60,347 bases of DNA, from assembly GCA_902793695.1 (NCBI GenBank), contig CADBEI010000005.1, forward strand, positions 1 to 60,347. Reading direction: 5' to 3'. The notes beneath the pieces were generated by a model. That model was not told where the DNA came from and searched no databases. It saw only the letters and a list, made by a program, of their open reading frames with translations. The position numbers were made by a program, and so were the translations under genes. The DNA comes from an uncultured Pseudomonadota bacterium (GTDB taxonomy: Bacteria > Pseudomonadota > Alphaproteobacteria > RF32 > CAG-239). How positions within the stretch are numbered: the first letter of the stretch is position 1; every line of letters begins with the position of its first letter. Of this stretch, positions 51,249-60,347 are shown in pieces.

Positions 51249-52052
51249 ATGAGTTTGATTAAAAAAATTACATTCGGTTTAACTTTCGGTATGGCTATAT
51301 GCTTGGCTGCAACGTCTTATGCCGATGAACCGCAAAAAAAAGAATTTGAAAAAACTTCTGATGCAGGGGCAATTTTGTTCCGTATCGAAAATATTAAACC
51401 TTTAACCAACGAAGAAGGTTTGACCGACAGATGTTCTTTTTTGGTGACCGTGTATAACCGCATGGAAAAAAAGATTGAAAAAATCAATATGGACTTCCGC
51501 TGGCAAGATGCCATCGCCAAAAAATATCAGATTGTCGATGACAATGTTGAACCGGTTGATGACCCGAAAGACGCAATCACCTACATTATGAAACACGTTG
51601 AATTGGAAGATGTTTTCCCGCATCAACAAAAGAGTTTTGAGCAAATTGTCACCACCGACAAGTGCTTTTTGTTGCTTGACCAGTTGGAATATAAAGTGAA
51701 CGATTGTATTGCCGAAGGCGATAAAATTACGGTTAAAAACAATATGCAAACCAACCGCGGCAGCTGCATCAACAATTTCAACTACATTAACTCCAAAAAT
51801 CCGGAATATTATTCGGAATTTAAAGATACTCCGGACAGTGTGTTGGAACAGCAGGCAGAAGAAGCCAAAGCACATGAGTTGGCCGGCGTTGAAGAAGTTT
51901 ACAAAAAATCTTTGGCCGATTTGGAAGAGGTCTCCGTTGAGCTGGATAAAATCATAAAGAGAGGCTCGGAAGTTGCGGACGACAAAAAGGCTGAAGACGG
52001 CAAAAAAACCGAAGAAACTAAAGAAGAAGCTAAAGCCGAAGATAAAAAATAA
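51249..52052 (+). CDS. Exported Cys-containing hypothetical protein
   Basis: Signal peptide; RC.F...VYNR and C.....VNDC motifs; charged tail. Confidence 0.75.
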   Translation: MSLIKKITFGLTFGMAICLAATSYADEPQKKEFEKTSDAGAILFRIENIKPLTNEEGLTDRCSFLVTVYNRMEKKIEKINMDFRWQDAIAKKYQIVDDNVEPVDDPKDAITYIMKHVELEDVFPHQQKSFEQIVTTDKCFLLLDQLEYKVNDCIAEGDKITVKNNMQTNRGSCINNFNYINSKNPEYYSEFKDTPDSVLEQQAEEAKAHELAGVEEVYKKSLADLEEVSVELDKIIKRGSEVADDKKAEDGKKTEETKEEAKAEDKK

Positions 52053-52070
52053 TCTTTGAAAGGTTCACTT

Positions 52071-52763
52071 ATGCGTTTGATTTGTTATCTTGTATTAGTT
52101 GCGATTTGCTCGACGTTTAATGCGTTTGCGCAATCATTTTCCAGCGGTTCGGGGATTGCGTCCGGTGCGAATGTATCTGCCGAATCGAATGTTGCAACCG
52201 ATACAAGCACCGCAACCGATTCCGCAACAGCTGATTCTGCAAAGCCGAAAGATGCGCCGATAATCGGCATTCCGGCTTATACCGAATCCAATGATGTGGC
52301 TTCCAAACCGGATGTGGTGGTAAACATCAGCGGCAATGAAACCCAGCCGGAAGAGCCGGTATATGATAACAGCGAAGGCAAAGTTGTCAGTTTTAAGGTT
52401 GTCAACGGCAAGATTGTGCACGATAAAGAGCGCAAAATTTTAATTTCGTATGACGATTTTTCGGTCAGCCGCGGTATGGATAATCTGGTGCGCTGCAAAA
52501 TGCGCATTTATGTTCTCAACGACTTGACCGAGCGCATTAACAGTTTCGGGATAAAGCTGATTTGGCCGGAAATTACCACTGCCATCAATTTGGTGAAGGT
52601 AAATCCGGGAGTGAGAACCTATCGCGATGTTATGCTTTTGGGCAACGGTTGTTTTTCTATGGATAAAAATCCGACGATTGAGGTTAATCGTTGCCGAGTG
52701 AAAGGCAAAACCGAAGAACAATGCGCAAACGCCGTCAAATGGTATAAAAAACCGGCGCGTTAA
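52071..52763 (+). CDS. Exported Cys-containing hypothetical protein, likely paralog of the upstream gene
   Basis: Signal peptide; S/T/A-rich linker; RC.M...VLND and CF.....VNRC motifs; terminator at 52787-52820. Confidence 0.75.
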   Translation: MRLICYLVLVAICSTFNAFAQSFSSGSGIASGANVSAESNVATDTSTATDSATADSAKPKDAPIIGIPAYTESNDVASKPDVVVNISGNETQPEEPVYDNSEGKVVSFKVVNGKIVHDKERKILISYDDFSVSRGMDNLVRCKMRIYVLNDLTERINSFGIKLIWPEITTAINLVKVNPGVRTYRDVMLLGNGCFSMDKNPTIEVNRCRVKGKTEEQCANAVKWYKKPAR

Positions 52764-53015
52764 TATATAAATACTTTCCTCCGACAAAGGCTTTCGATAA
52801 AATCGAGAGCCTTTTTTTTTGCTTGCCAAATTTGCAAAAAACGGTTATAATATAAGTGTTATAAATTAGGGATTTTATTTGCGATTATTAAATTATTCTA
52901 TTCAATGTTGTTATTATTTCTGCCTTCCGAGACTTTATGTTTTGGTTGGTGAATAATTTCGATATTTGAGGGAGTAGTTTGTTAAGCGCAAATAAATCCC
53001 TTAATATATTGGAAT

Positions 53016-53225
53016 ATGGTAATAATATTTATAATCATCCTCGCCATTTGCGTTCTCGCAAAATGGTTTTGGATGGAACACAAAGAGGACGAATGGGTTA
53101 AAAGTCCCATTCAACTCGTTGTGTTTGGAGGCGTTGCACTTTGGTGCTATGTCTCTTTTGGACTAATCATCACTCTTGGTGGTGTAGTCATTTTATATCT
53201 ATGCGGAATCTGGAGAGAATTATAA
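53016..53225 (+). CDS. Small membrane protein (69 aa)
   Basis: Hydrophobic ORF followed by terminator CGTTCGGT/ACCGAACG-T7 (53252-53294). Confidence 0.55.
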   Translation: MVIIFIIILAICVLAKWFWMEHKEDEWVKSPIQLVVFGGVALWCYVSFGLIITLGGVVILYLCGIWREL

Positions 53226-53309
53226 TCACTCGGATTTTCGTAACTTTTCGGCGTTCGGTATATGGGAGGAATTTCATAAACCGAACGTTTTTTTATGCAG
53301 AAAAAGACT

Positions 53310-53590
53310 CGTTATTACGAGCCCGACAGGGCGTGGTAATCTCATGAAGAAAAGGACGCGTCAAAAAATAGTGTCATCGCTCGGTCTGCGCTGTCTTATT
53401 ATTGTCATACCTCGCACGATGCGGTGCATTCGTGCGTCAGGGTATCTCGACTTTTGGCACGTTAGTGTCACTTCCGATTCACGTAAAATAAAGCGCTACG
53501 CAAAGACAAGATCCCTTGATGACCTGACGCGCCGCGCAGGTCAAGGGATGACATAATGTTTTTTGCGCTGCACATCGCGAGGAATGACAG
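53310..53590. repeat. Cluster of degenerate GTCA...TGAC palindromic (REP/RPE-like) elements
   Basis: CGTTATTACGAG...CGTGGTAATCTC; GTCATACCTCG...GGGTATCTC; GATCCCTTGA...TCAAGGGATGAC; GAGGAATGAC. Confidence 0.6.
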
Positions 53591-53623
53591 GTTATTTTTT
53601 ACAAAAAAAGGGTTTTAAAATGC

Positions 53624-53660
53624 GAACAGCGTCTCTCCGGTTAGGGTAGAGGCGCTGTTC
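53624..53660 (-). terminator. Hairpin ending the two-gene block
   Basis: GAACAGCGTCTCT/AGAGGCGCTGTTC inverted repeat. Confidence 0.6.
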
Positions 53661-53675
53661 TATATAGTAGAACAA

Positions 53676-54587
53676 TTACTTGTTAGGCGTCTGGTACGGC
53701 ATGTGCTTCATGTTGTTCACGTCCGTCACCGTATAACCGGCATATTCCATGCCTTTAATGTTATACTGCTTGTGCTTGAACAATCTCAGCTCGAAACCAA
53801 CCGTTAAACGAACTTCAAGTTCGTATCGGTTGGTATTCATCAGGATGTCCTGCTGGACACCCACCTGAACCTTACCGTACAGACCGGTCGGCTTGAACTT
53901 ACCGCGATAGCGGGCTTTAAGCCATCCGTAACCACCTGAGGTCAGCTGCTTATTATGCAAGTCTGACCTTGTGGTTGTCTTGGTGGTTGTTGAGCCATCA
54001 GGATTCGTCTGCTTACCCGACCAGGACATTTCGTCCTTTTCGAAGTAATCACTGACCTGGGCTGAGTAGCCCACTCCACCAGAGAGGTCGAAGTGGTGCG
54101 TCGGGCTCTGATAGAACTTAAAGCCCAACTCTCCGAAGACTCGACCGCGGACGAACTTTTCGGGGTCGTCCGACTCCTTTGCAGGAGTACCCCAGACGGC
54201 GTTTGCTCCGAGGCTCCACTCCCACTGGCGGTAGTCGTGGCCGCCGGCCAGACCTACGCCTCCGGTGAGGTTACCGGCGAAGTACTCGCCGATTCCCTCG
54301 ATGGCAAGCCAGGTGCCGTTGATATCCTCCGTGTAGAGGGTCAACGGCTCTTCGTTGTTGCCAACGAAGACCTGAATGGCCTCCTGGAAGGCCCCCTTCT
54401 TATTGATTGCCTCGGTATAGTTATACCGAGCAATCTTGACGGCGGTGTTGTCAGCGGGGAACTCCGGATTGGAGTTCCTCTCAACCTCGGGGGTCAGACC
54501 GCCGAAGTTTGACTCGTCAACAACTGTCTGGGCACTCATGTTCATTGTGGCGGCAGCGCACACGGCTGCGATGATATACTTTTTCAT
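53676..54587 (-). CDS. Bacteroidota-style putative outer-membrane beta-barrel protein
   Basis: Signal peptide ending MSA|QT; alternating beta-strand pattern; ...LTVGFELRLF; SD-less A-rich leader; GC3-rich codons. Confidence 0.7.
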   Translation of the reverse strand: MKKYIIAAVCAAATMNMSAQTVVDESNFGGLTPEVERNSNPEFPADNTAVKIARYNYTEAINKKGAFQEAIQVFVGNNEEPLTLYTEDINGTWLAIEGIGEYFAGNLTGGVGLAGGHDYRQWEWSLGANAVWGTPAKESDDPEKFVRGRVFGELGFKFYQSPTHHFDLSGGVGYSAQVSDYFEKDEMSWSGKQTNPDGSTTTKTTTRSDLHNKQLTSGGYGWLKARYRGKFKPTGLYGKVQVGVQQDILMNTNRYELEVRLTVGFELRLFKHKQYNIKGMEYAGYTVTDVNNMKHMPYQTPNK

Positions 54588-54829
54588 ATTTTTTTGTTTT
54601 TTTTGAAAGTGAATAATTTGTGTTTTTCAGTCGAGGTCACCGACTTGCAAGGTCATACGGCATTGCCGCTATATCCCCTCCTATGCCACTGGCACAATCG
54701 GAAAATAATTATGACTGTTGCAAGAAGGCGAACCTCACATCAAACACTTAAAAAAAATTACATATCCAATGGGGAGGAAAAATGCCCGGAACCCGTCCGC
54801 GCGCTTCGACCCCATTGCGGGGGAAGAAG

Positions 54830-57118
54830 TTATTTCCAAGAACCCATGTAGATATTCTTATAGGTATCGGTAGCAGTCAAACGACCAGCCTCAACCTTTA
54901 AGTCATATCTAGATGTATAGACCGAGTAGTGGTTATCGACTACATGATCCTCATCCCAATGCTGAGACTCGGCAAACGAGTAGTCTTTATTAGCCAACTC
55001 CTGGGTCCCACGTCCCCAAGTCATCTGGGTGAATTGGTCGGAAGCGATCGTGTTCACCCATGTTCCGTTGAGGTATGTAGCCGAGTTATAGTCATGGTTT
55101 GACGTATACTCAAAGTACTCAAAGTGCCACTCGGGACGCTTTGAACCTGCTACTACTACAACGGGGAGGACACCCTGCTCAAAATGCAGGCTCCAAACGT
55201 AAACAAACCCGTTATGGTCAACGTTATTGCTTACGGTTTGCTTTGCATCGAGCAGTCTTCCCCATACCGGGGGGAAGAAGGTTTCCTCTTCCGGAGTTGT
55301 TGCCTCCTTTATTTTAATGACACCGGGGGCGGTTACGTTCTGTATATTGTTTCCCCAGACGTAACGAAGCACGTCTGAGTACTTATATACCATAAAGTCA
55401 CCTTCTTTATTACCGGCGCTGAGCACGTCAGCATTGGTAGCATCGAGGGTACAAGCCTCGAATGTGAAGGTTTTACCCTTGTACTCGCAAGAGAAATTAT
55501 TGGCCTCGCGAGAGGTCCAATGATTCTTCTGCTTTGAGCCACTAAGGGTGACTTCAGCGGACATATCACGGTACTCACGTACCCAAGATGCCTTCGCACC
55601 ATTTTGTTCCTCGCTGTGGTTCTCCGTGTTAGTCAAGGAAACAACCACGTTAGACGTGGTAAATGTGTTGTCCTTTTCCTCAGAGTTCCAATTCGAGTCA
55701 CAGTTGACGTTTCTGACGTCAGAGAAGTCGAACTTGACACGCTCAGAAGTTCCGTCACTCATGTCTGTGACGTACTCCAAGTGCCAATCGACACGATTGT
55801 CAGTTACGGTCTCGGTGCATTTGCTCTTATCCCATCCCTGGGAGGTCTCATGAGCATTCTCGATCAAGAGGAACACACTTTCGGCAACGTCCTGAGCATA
55901 ACCCAGATACGAAGTGCTGATTGCGTTGTTCAATCTCTTGGTAGAGTAACCATTGCGCATCTCTGCGTCGTTTACGAGGGTGCTGCGCTCAGCAACCTCG
56001 GGAACAATGAAATCGAAAGTAGCCTTCACTCCAAACTGGTTGGAGTATACGGCCTTCTCATGGTAGAACTTGTAATCGGTGTCAACCGGATTCAAGTCAC
56101 CGTCATTGTTCAAGCGAGCAGAGAACATATCAGTCTTCCCGCTGATGGTAAAGTTACCATCGGTGCGAACTTCAGAGGCGGAACCATTTGCCCAAGGATT
56201 GTTATAACGCCAAGTGTAAAGGAAGTTCTTTACAATCTTGTCGTACTCATCCTTGGCAGTCCACCCGCGCTGGAGAATGGTGGACTCGGTCGAACGATGT
56301 GTCGACTTATCCTTCATAATCCATTCTATCTCAACGTCACAACGCTCCTCAGTCTCGCTGACGGGAACTCGATTCTGGTCTACCTTCCTGGCGTCTGCAA
56401 TATCGTTGACGTCCATCTGGTAGACACGAATCGTGTCTCGCAGTTCAATTTCTCCTCCATTCATAGTATATCCGATAACTTCGTAGGGTACTCCCCATAC
56501 GAACTCTCGGCAGACAGAGTCAGCAACAAACTCTTCAGCACGGGTCCCATATTTAGTGGTTCCCGGAAGGCGGTTAATCGCCTTCAAATACTTCTTCCCT
56601 ACCTTTACGTAAGGCAGGGTATAGGTCTTTCCGTTTACCGTGTATTCGACACGCTCATCTGCGTTGTCACAATACACAATATTACCATCCTCTACCTGAG
56701 AGGTGGTCTTCACGGCATCCTCAAAAACCTTGCGGTTGTTTGAGGAAGACTTTGTCGAAGTATTCACATCGGAGTGCGATGTTCTCTCCAAGGAATAGGC
56801 AAGTGCCACGTCCTTGGCGGCAGCGTACTTATCGTGCTCATGAGAACACGACACATGCGCCTTCCCCTTATCGGACAGACCGAGTTCAGAGCCATCAGTG
56901 ATGACCCAGTTGATATCGGCTTCTGTACCGCGGTTGTCCACGGTAACAGCCATGTTCCAATTCGGGTTTACTTCCGGCTCCGTTTTCGGTTCAGCCGGGC
57001 CCTCAGTATTTGAGGTCGCGTTGAGGTGATCACTCAAATCACCGCACGATACACCCATAACTACCATGACCAGCATCATCAGGACGCTGGTGAGGTTAAA
57101 TTTTTTTACTCTTCCCAT
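54830..57118 (-). CDS. Large Bacteroidota-style lipoprotein with repeated beta-rich domains
   Basis: Lipobox GVS-C; 762 aa; T/S/N/D/V-rich; internal repeats; no SD. Confidence 0.78.
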   Translation of the reverse strand: MGRVKKFNLTSVLMMLVMVVMGVSCGDLSDHLNATSNTEGPAEPKTEPEVNPNWNMAVTVDNRGTEADINWVITDGSELGLSDKGKAHVSCSHEHDKYAAAKDVALAYSLERTSHSDVNTSTKSSSNNRKVFEDAVKTTSQVEDGNIVYCDNADERVEYTVNGKTYTLPYVKVGKKYLKAINRLPGTTKYGTRAEEFVADSVCREFVWGVPYEVIGYTMNGGEIELRDTIRVYQMDVNDIADARKVDQNRVPVSETEERCDVEIEWIMKDKSTHRSTESTILQRGWTAKDEYDKIVKNFLYTWRYNNPWANGSASEVRTDGNFTISGKTDMFSARLNNDGDLNPVDTDYKFYHEKAVYSNQFGVKATFDFIVPEVAERSTLVNDAEMRNGYSTKRLNNAISTSYLGYAQDVAESVFLLIENAHETSQGWDKSKCTETVTDNRVDWHLEYVTDMSDGTSERVKFDFSDVRNVNCDSNWNSEEKDNTFTTSNVVVSLTNTENHSEEQNGAKASWVREYRDMSAEVTLSGSKQKNHWTSREANNFSCEYKGKTFTFEACTLDATNADVLSAGNKEGDFMVYKYSDVLRYVWGNNIQNVTAPGVIKIKEATTPEEETFFPPVWGRLLDAKQTVSNNVDHNGFVYVWSLHFEQGVLPVVVVAGSKRPEWHFEYFEYTSNHDYNSATYLNGTWVNTIASDQFTQMTWGRGTQELANKDYSFAESQHWDEDHVVDNHYSVYTSRYDLKVEAGRLTATDTYKNIYMGSWK

Positions 57119-57468
57119 ATGTATAATGTAATTTTTGTTTGTACTATTCTTGGCGGTTCATCTCCATTGTCATCACTTTGACGGAGAAATGACGTATTAC
57201 AGCTGAAAACCATACTGCATACGTGCTCCATCATCATGATGACGGAGTATATGAACTGTCAATTTTTCAAACAACAAAATCCAATGAAAACGTATATTAA
57301 ACAAGTAATCACGTTCTCGATAATAATCGTTAGAAAAATTAACATATATAATTTATAAGCATTATTAACATAGCATGTTTTTTCGGGCTTTGCAACAAAA
57401 AAATGCGTGTTTTTGAAAAAATTTTGACAAATGGCGAAAATATTGAGGAGATATTATATTCTTCCGTG

Positions 57469-57583
57469 CTCGGGGTATGACTATATATCGTATTGACGCA
57501 ATGCGATGTATTGAGATTCCCACGTCGGCATAAATGCCGCCTCGGAATAACGTGATTCTTCCTCCGGTTCCTCGGAATGACAC
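57469..57583. repeat. Degenerate ...ATGAC palindromic (REP/RPE-like) element ends
   Basis: CTCGGGGTATGAC; GAGATTCCCACGTCGG...CCTCGGAATAAC; CCTCGGAATGAC. Confidence 0.55.
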
Positions 57584-57674
57584 GTCCGCTCACGTTTCCG
57601 TTGCCGGCGACTCCGCACAAAAAAAGGAGCCCCGAACAGGACTCCTTAATGACTCTTTATACCGAGCAGCTATA

Positions 57675-58349
57675 TCAGTAATACTTCCAAGCCAATTCGT
57701 TGGTGGTATCTTCGGTACAAGCGTTGGCTGCCCAAGCCACGGACATCGGCATTGCATTAAAGCAAGACAATGCTTTACCGGCTTCACCGGTAGAAGTGCA
57801 GTTGTCATATACCTGTGTCCCCAAAGTTTCAGTATTGTTAATCGAGAAGGCAATCAAACCGGAACCGGAAGAAGCATCCCAGTTTTGCGAAGCCAAGTCA
57901 ACACAAGCTTCCTTCGGAATACCGCCGAATACAATGATGAATGCTTTATGAGCTTTGGTGGCATCATTTTGACCGGAGCCGTTTTCAATAGCGAATCTTG
58001 AAGCTGAATAAAGTTTAACCGAGCCGCCGTAAGCGTTGTTCCAATCAGTCCAATCCATTTCATCACCGGCCGTACCGCCCAGCATTTCATCCGGAAATAC
58101 GTGCGCTTTATACATAAGCGACGGAACGTTGGTTGTAGACTCTGTTGACAAATCCTTATAATTCTTTTGCGAACCGAACAGAATACGTACGTTTGCCACA
58201 ATGTGGGAAACTTGGTCGATTGTCTTATTTGCTCTGAATTTGGCCATAGCTTTTGAATAACCGGCAATACCGCCTACCGACAAAACGCCGATAATCGCCA
58301 ACACGCCGAGCATTTCAATCATGGAACGACCTTTTTCGTTTGTTTTCAT
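57675..58349 (-). CDS. Type IV pilin-like protein
   Basis: MKTNEKG|RSMIEMLGVLAIIGVLSVGG class III signal with E+5; N.YGG.V and IPKEACV.L motifs; four Cys; AGGAGA RBS; TTGAAA-17-CATAAT promoter; terminator at 57619-57647. Confidence 0.88.
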   Translation of the reverse strand: MKTNEKGRSMIEMLGVLAIIGVLSVGGIAGYSKAMAKFRANKTIDQVSHIVANVRILFGSQKNYKDLSTESTTNVPSLMYKAHVFPDEMLGGTAGDEMDWTDWNNAYGGSVKLYSASRFAIENGSGQNDATKAHKAFIIVFGGIPKEACVDLASQNWDASSGSGLIAFSINNTETLGTQVYDNCTSTGEAGKALSCFNAMPMSVAWAANACTEDTTNELAWKYY

Positions 58350-58480
58350 AATTTTTCTCCTTATAATTAAGTACTTAATAGTCTGCCATTGTGGCATTCT
58401 GGGTTTATTATGCCGCGCTTTTTTTTATTTTTCAAGCCCGAAATTGGATATATTACTTTTGGTGTATATGCGGATTCGAC

Positions 58481-59695
58481 TTAAATATGTCGCAACAATT
58501 CTTCTCTGGTCAGGTTAAAACCGCTGTCTATCCACATTTGTTCCAAACGGTTGAGCGTCTGGCCGATTTGGCGGTCGCCGCTGATGCCGTTGTTGACAAT
58601 ATCTCGGCCGCGAATCGGGAAAATCGGCACCACCGCGTTTTCAATTTCCGCAAGCAGACGATTGAGCGACGGCGCATCAAAGTCATACATCGCCGCTCCC
58701 ATCAGAATTTTATCAATGCAAAACTGCTTGCCGTAGCGATAAATAAACTGCATACGCGATTGTTGCGGCATAATATTCTCCGGTCGCAAATCGATTTTAG
58801 CCCAACGCACAAACACCTCTTTCTGCTTTTTGGTAAAGCGCAGAGTATCCGCCATATTTTCGGCAGTTGCCGCCTTTGGTTGATACATTACAAACAACCG
58901 GCGCAAAAAATTGCCCTCATACTTGATATCGGCTACCAATTTTGCCAAACGGTCAAGCGCGTCCAAATGCTGAGATTTAGGCAGAAAATACGCCAAAATA
59001 TCGTTATCGTAAATGATTTTCATTGATACGGCGGCATTAGGAGTCACCAAAATTTTAAACAGCTCGTCGCGCACCCGCTCTATGGCAATATTGCGCAACA
59101 ACCCTTTATATTTTATGCAAGCATCCAGTGCTTCTTTATCCGGCGGAGTTTTGCCGAATCGGGAATAAAAGCGGAAAAAACGCAAAATACGCAAACCGTC
59201 TTCTTCTATTCGGTCTTCCGGATTGCCGATAAAACGCACCACGCCGTTTTTCAAATCGGTAATACCGTCATAATAATCAAACACATTGCCGTGCAAATCG
59301 GCATATACGGCATTGATGGTCAGGTCGCGCCGCGCCGCATCGGCACTCCAATCATCGGTAAATACAATTTCATATTTACCCTGCTCGTTTTTGACACTGC
59401 GTCTGAGTGATGCAACTTCCAAAATTCTGTTATCCGCCACCACGCCGACCGTTGCCTGTTTTAAGCCCACCGGAACAGTTTTAAGCCCGTTATTCTGACA
59501 AGCTTCAATTAATTCGTCCGGCGATAAATCGGTGGCCAAGTCCAAGTCGAATCCGCTTAATCCGGCCAAAGTATCACGCACCGCACCACCGACAAAACGG
59601 ATGGTACCGCCATGTTCCTCCACCGCTTGAAACAAGCTGCCGATTTTAGCCGATTTGGCGATTTTTGACATATCCAAATATTCAGGTATGAACAT
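58481..59695 (-). CDS. cca: CCA tRNA nucleotidyltransferase
   Basis: VGGAVRD...DLDLAT, DAARRDLTINA and RIEED.LRILRFFRF motifs. Confidence 0.92.
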   Translation of the reverse strand: MFIPEYLDMSKIAKSAKIGSLFQAVEEHGGTIRFVGGAVRDTLAGLSGFDLDLATDLSPDELIEACQNNGLKTVPVGLKQATVGVVADNRILEVASLRRSVKNEQGKYEIVFTDDWSADAARRDLTINAVYADLHGNVFDYYDGITDLKNGVVRFIGNPEDRIEEDGLRILRFFRFYSRFGKTPPDKEALDACIKYKGLLRNIAIERVRDELFKILVTPNAAVSMKIIYDNDILAYFLPKSQHLDALDRLAKLVADIKYEGNFLRRLFVMYQPKAATAENMADTLRFTKKQKEVFVRWAKIDLRPENIMPQQSRMQFIYRYGKQFCIDKILMGAAMYDFDAPSLNRLLAEIENAVVPIFPIRGRDIVNNGISGDRQIGQTLNRLEQMWIDSGFNLTREELLRHI

Positions 59696-59794
59696 AGCTT
59701 TAAAAAACCCCTTGTTATTTTTAGGAAATTTTAATAGTTTATATACACTTTTTTTATATAATCCAAGTAAATTTTAATAAAAAGGGATAAATAG

Positions 59795-60304
59795 ATGTTA
59801 AAATATTTTTTAGTACTCGTCGGTTTATTGATTTCGGCAACGGCTCAGGCGGCCAATCAGCCGCAGCTTTTGGGTGAATACGGCGACTGGACCGCGTGGA
59901 CTTATAACGATCGCGGCAATGTGATTTGCTATATGGCTTCCAGCCCGAAAAAAGATGAAGGCAAATATACCAAACGCGGCGATATTTATACGGTGGTTAC
60001 CCATCGTCCGTCCGAAAAATCATTTGATGAAGTCAGTTTTGTGGCAGGATATGTATATAATCCGAAAGCACATCTGGTAATAAAAATCGGCAACGAAGTA
60101 TTTCGTAATACCTTTACCGAAGGCGATAAAGGCTGGATGGTCAATCACGCCGAAGACCAAAAGTTGGTTACGGCCATGAAACGCGGCGAGCGTATGATTG
60201 TCGACGGCCAATCGAGCCGCGGCACCGCCACCAAAGATACTTATTCACTTAAAGGATTTACCAGTGCATATCAGGCAATTTCCGCCAAGTGCAAGAAAAA
60301 ATAA
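59795..60304 (+). CDS. Invasion-associated locus B (IalB) family protein
   Basis: Signal peptide; YGDW, CY..S.P and AMKRG...G.S.RGT.T.DTYSLKGF..A....C motifs. Confidence 0.88.
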   Translation: MLKYFLVLVGLLISATAQAANQPQLLGEYGDWTAWTYNDRGNVICYMASSPKKDEGKYTKRGDIYTVVTHRPSEKSFDEVSFVAGYVYNPKAHLVIKIGNEVFRNTFTEGDKGWMVNHAEDQKLVTAMKRGERMIVDGQSSRGTATKDTYSLKGFTSAYQAISAKCKKK

Positions 60305-60306
60305 TC

Positions 60307-60347
60307 ATGGCTAAAACAGAACTCATCGGACTGAGTAAAGACGAATT
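60307..60347 (+). CDS. rlmN: Probable start of 23S rRNA m2A2503 methyltransferase (truncated by the window edge)
   Basis: MAKTELIGLSKDE start; usual position after the ialB-family gene. Only 13 codons are visible. Confidence 0.55.
   Translation, partial: MAKTELIGLSKDE

Noticed and set aside
53344-53556. 70-aa ORF (and ORFs 57339-57620, 57365-57583)
   Set aside because: They run through palindromic repeat fragments and promoter DNA with no coding signal.
55604-56743. 379-aa plus-strand ORF
   Set aside because: Antisense to the 762-aa lipoprotein and explained by that gene's codon bias; it reads as a typical shadow frame.
1-60347. CRISPR array, DGR/retron, prophage or IS element
   Set aside because: I saw no regularly spaced repeats and no reverse transcriptase, integrase, transposase or phage structural genes.

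Overview
Chromosomal window from a roughly 40-45% GC (by eye) alphaproteobacterium. Gene content and order (ptsP-rodZ-hisS-prfA, lptF-lptD-surA-rsmA, rpsB-tsf, SPOR-nagZ-tat, ialB-rlmN, GRSM-type pilin) suggest a gut-associated, reduced-genome lineage such as RF32; this is an inference. Most of the window is intact housekeeping and envelope genes plus tRNA-Leu(GAG) and tRNA-Ser(GGA). I saw no integrase, transposase, prophage or CRISPR. Best leads: (1) a stand-alone 141-aa protein (21752-22177) that matches the CD38/ADP-ribosyl cyclase catalytic core motif by motif and overlaps the start of a YgjV-like membrane protein gene. (2) A complete phage C4-antisense-RNA-like switch (6224-6510) in front of a decayed LtaS/MdoB-like surface-modification gene. 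(3) Several solo, Shine-Dalgarno-less genes, some Bacteroidota-like, behind near-consensus sigma70 promoters, including a two-gene block flanked by GTCA-type palindromes and carrying structured RNAs. (4) A doubly frameshifted NlpC/P60-like gene that now reads into a ferredoxin. (5) A 176-bp tRNA-Ser 3'-end repeat. (6) Gaps in conserved gene order (ispG, ispE, lptG, pdxA, lysC, argS). All family calls come from reading motifs by eye; no searches were run.
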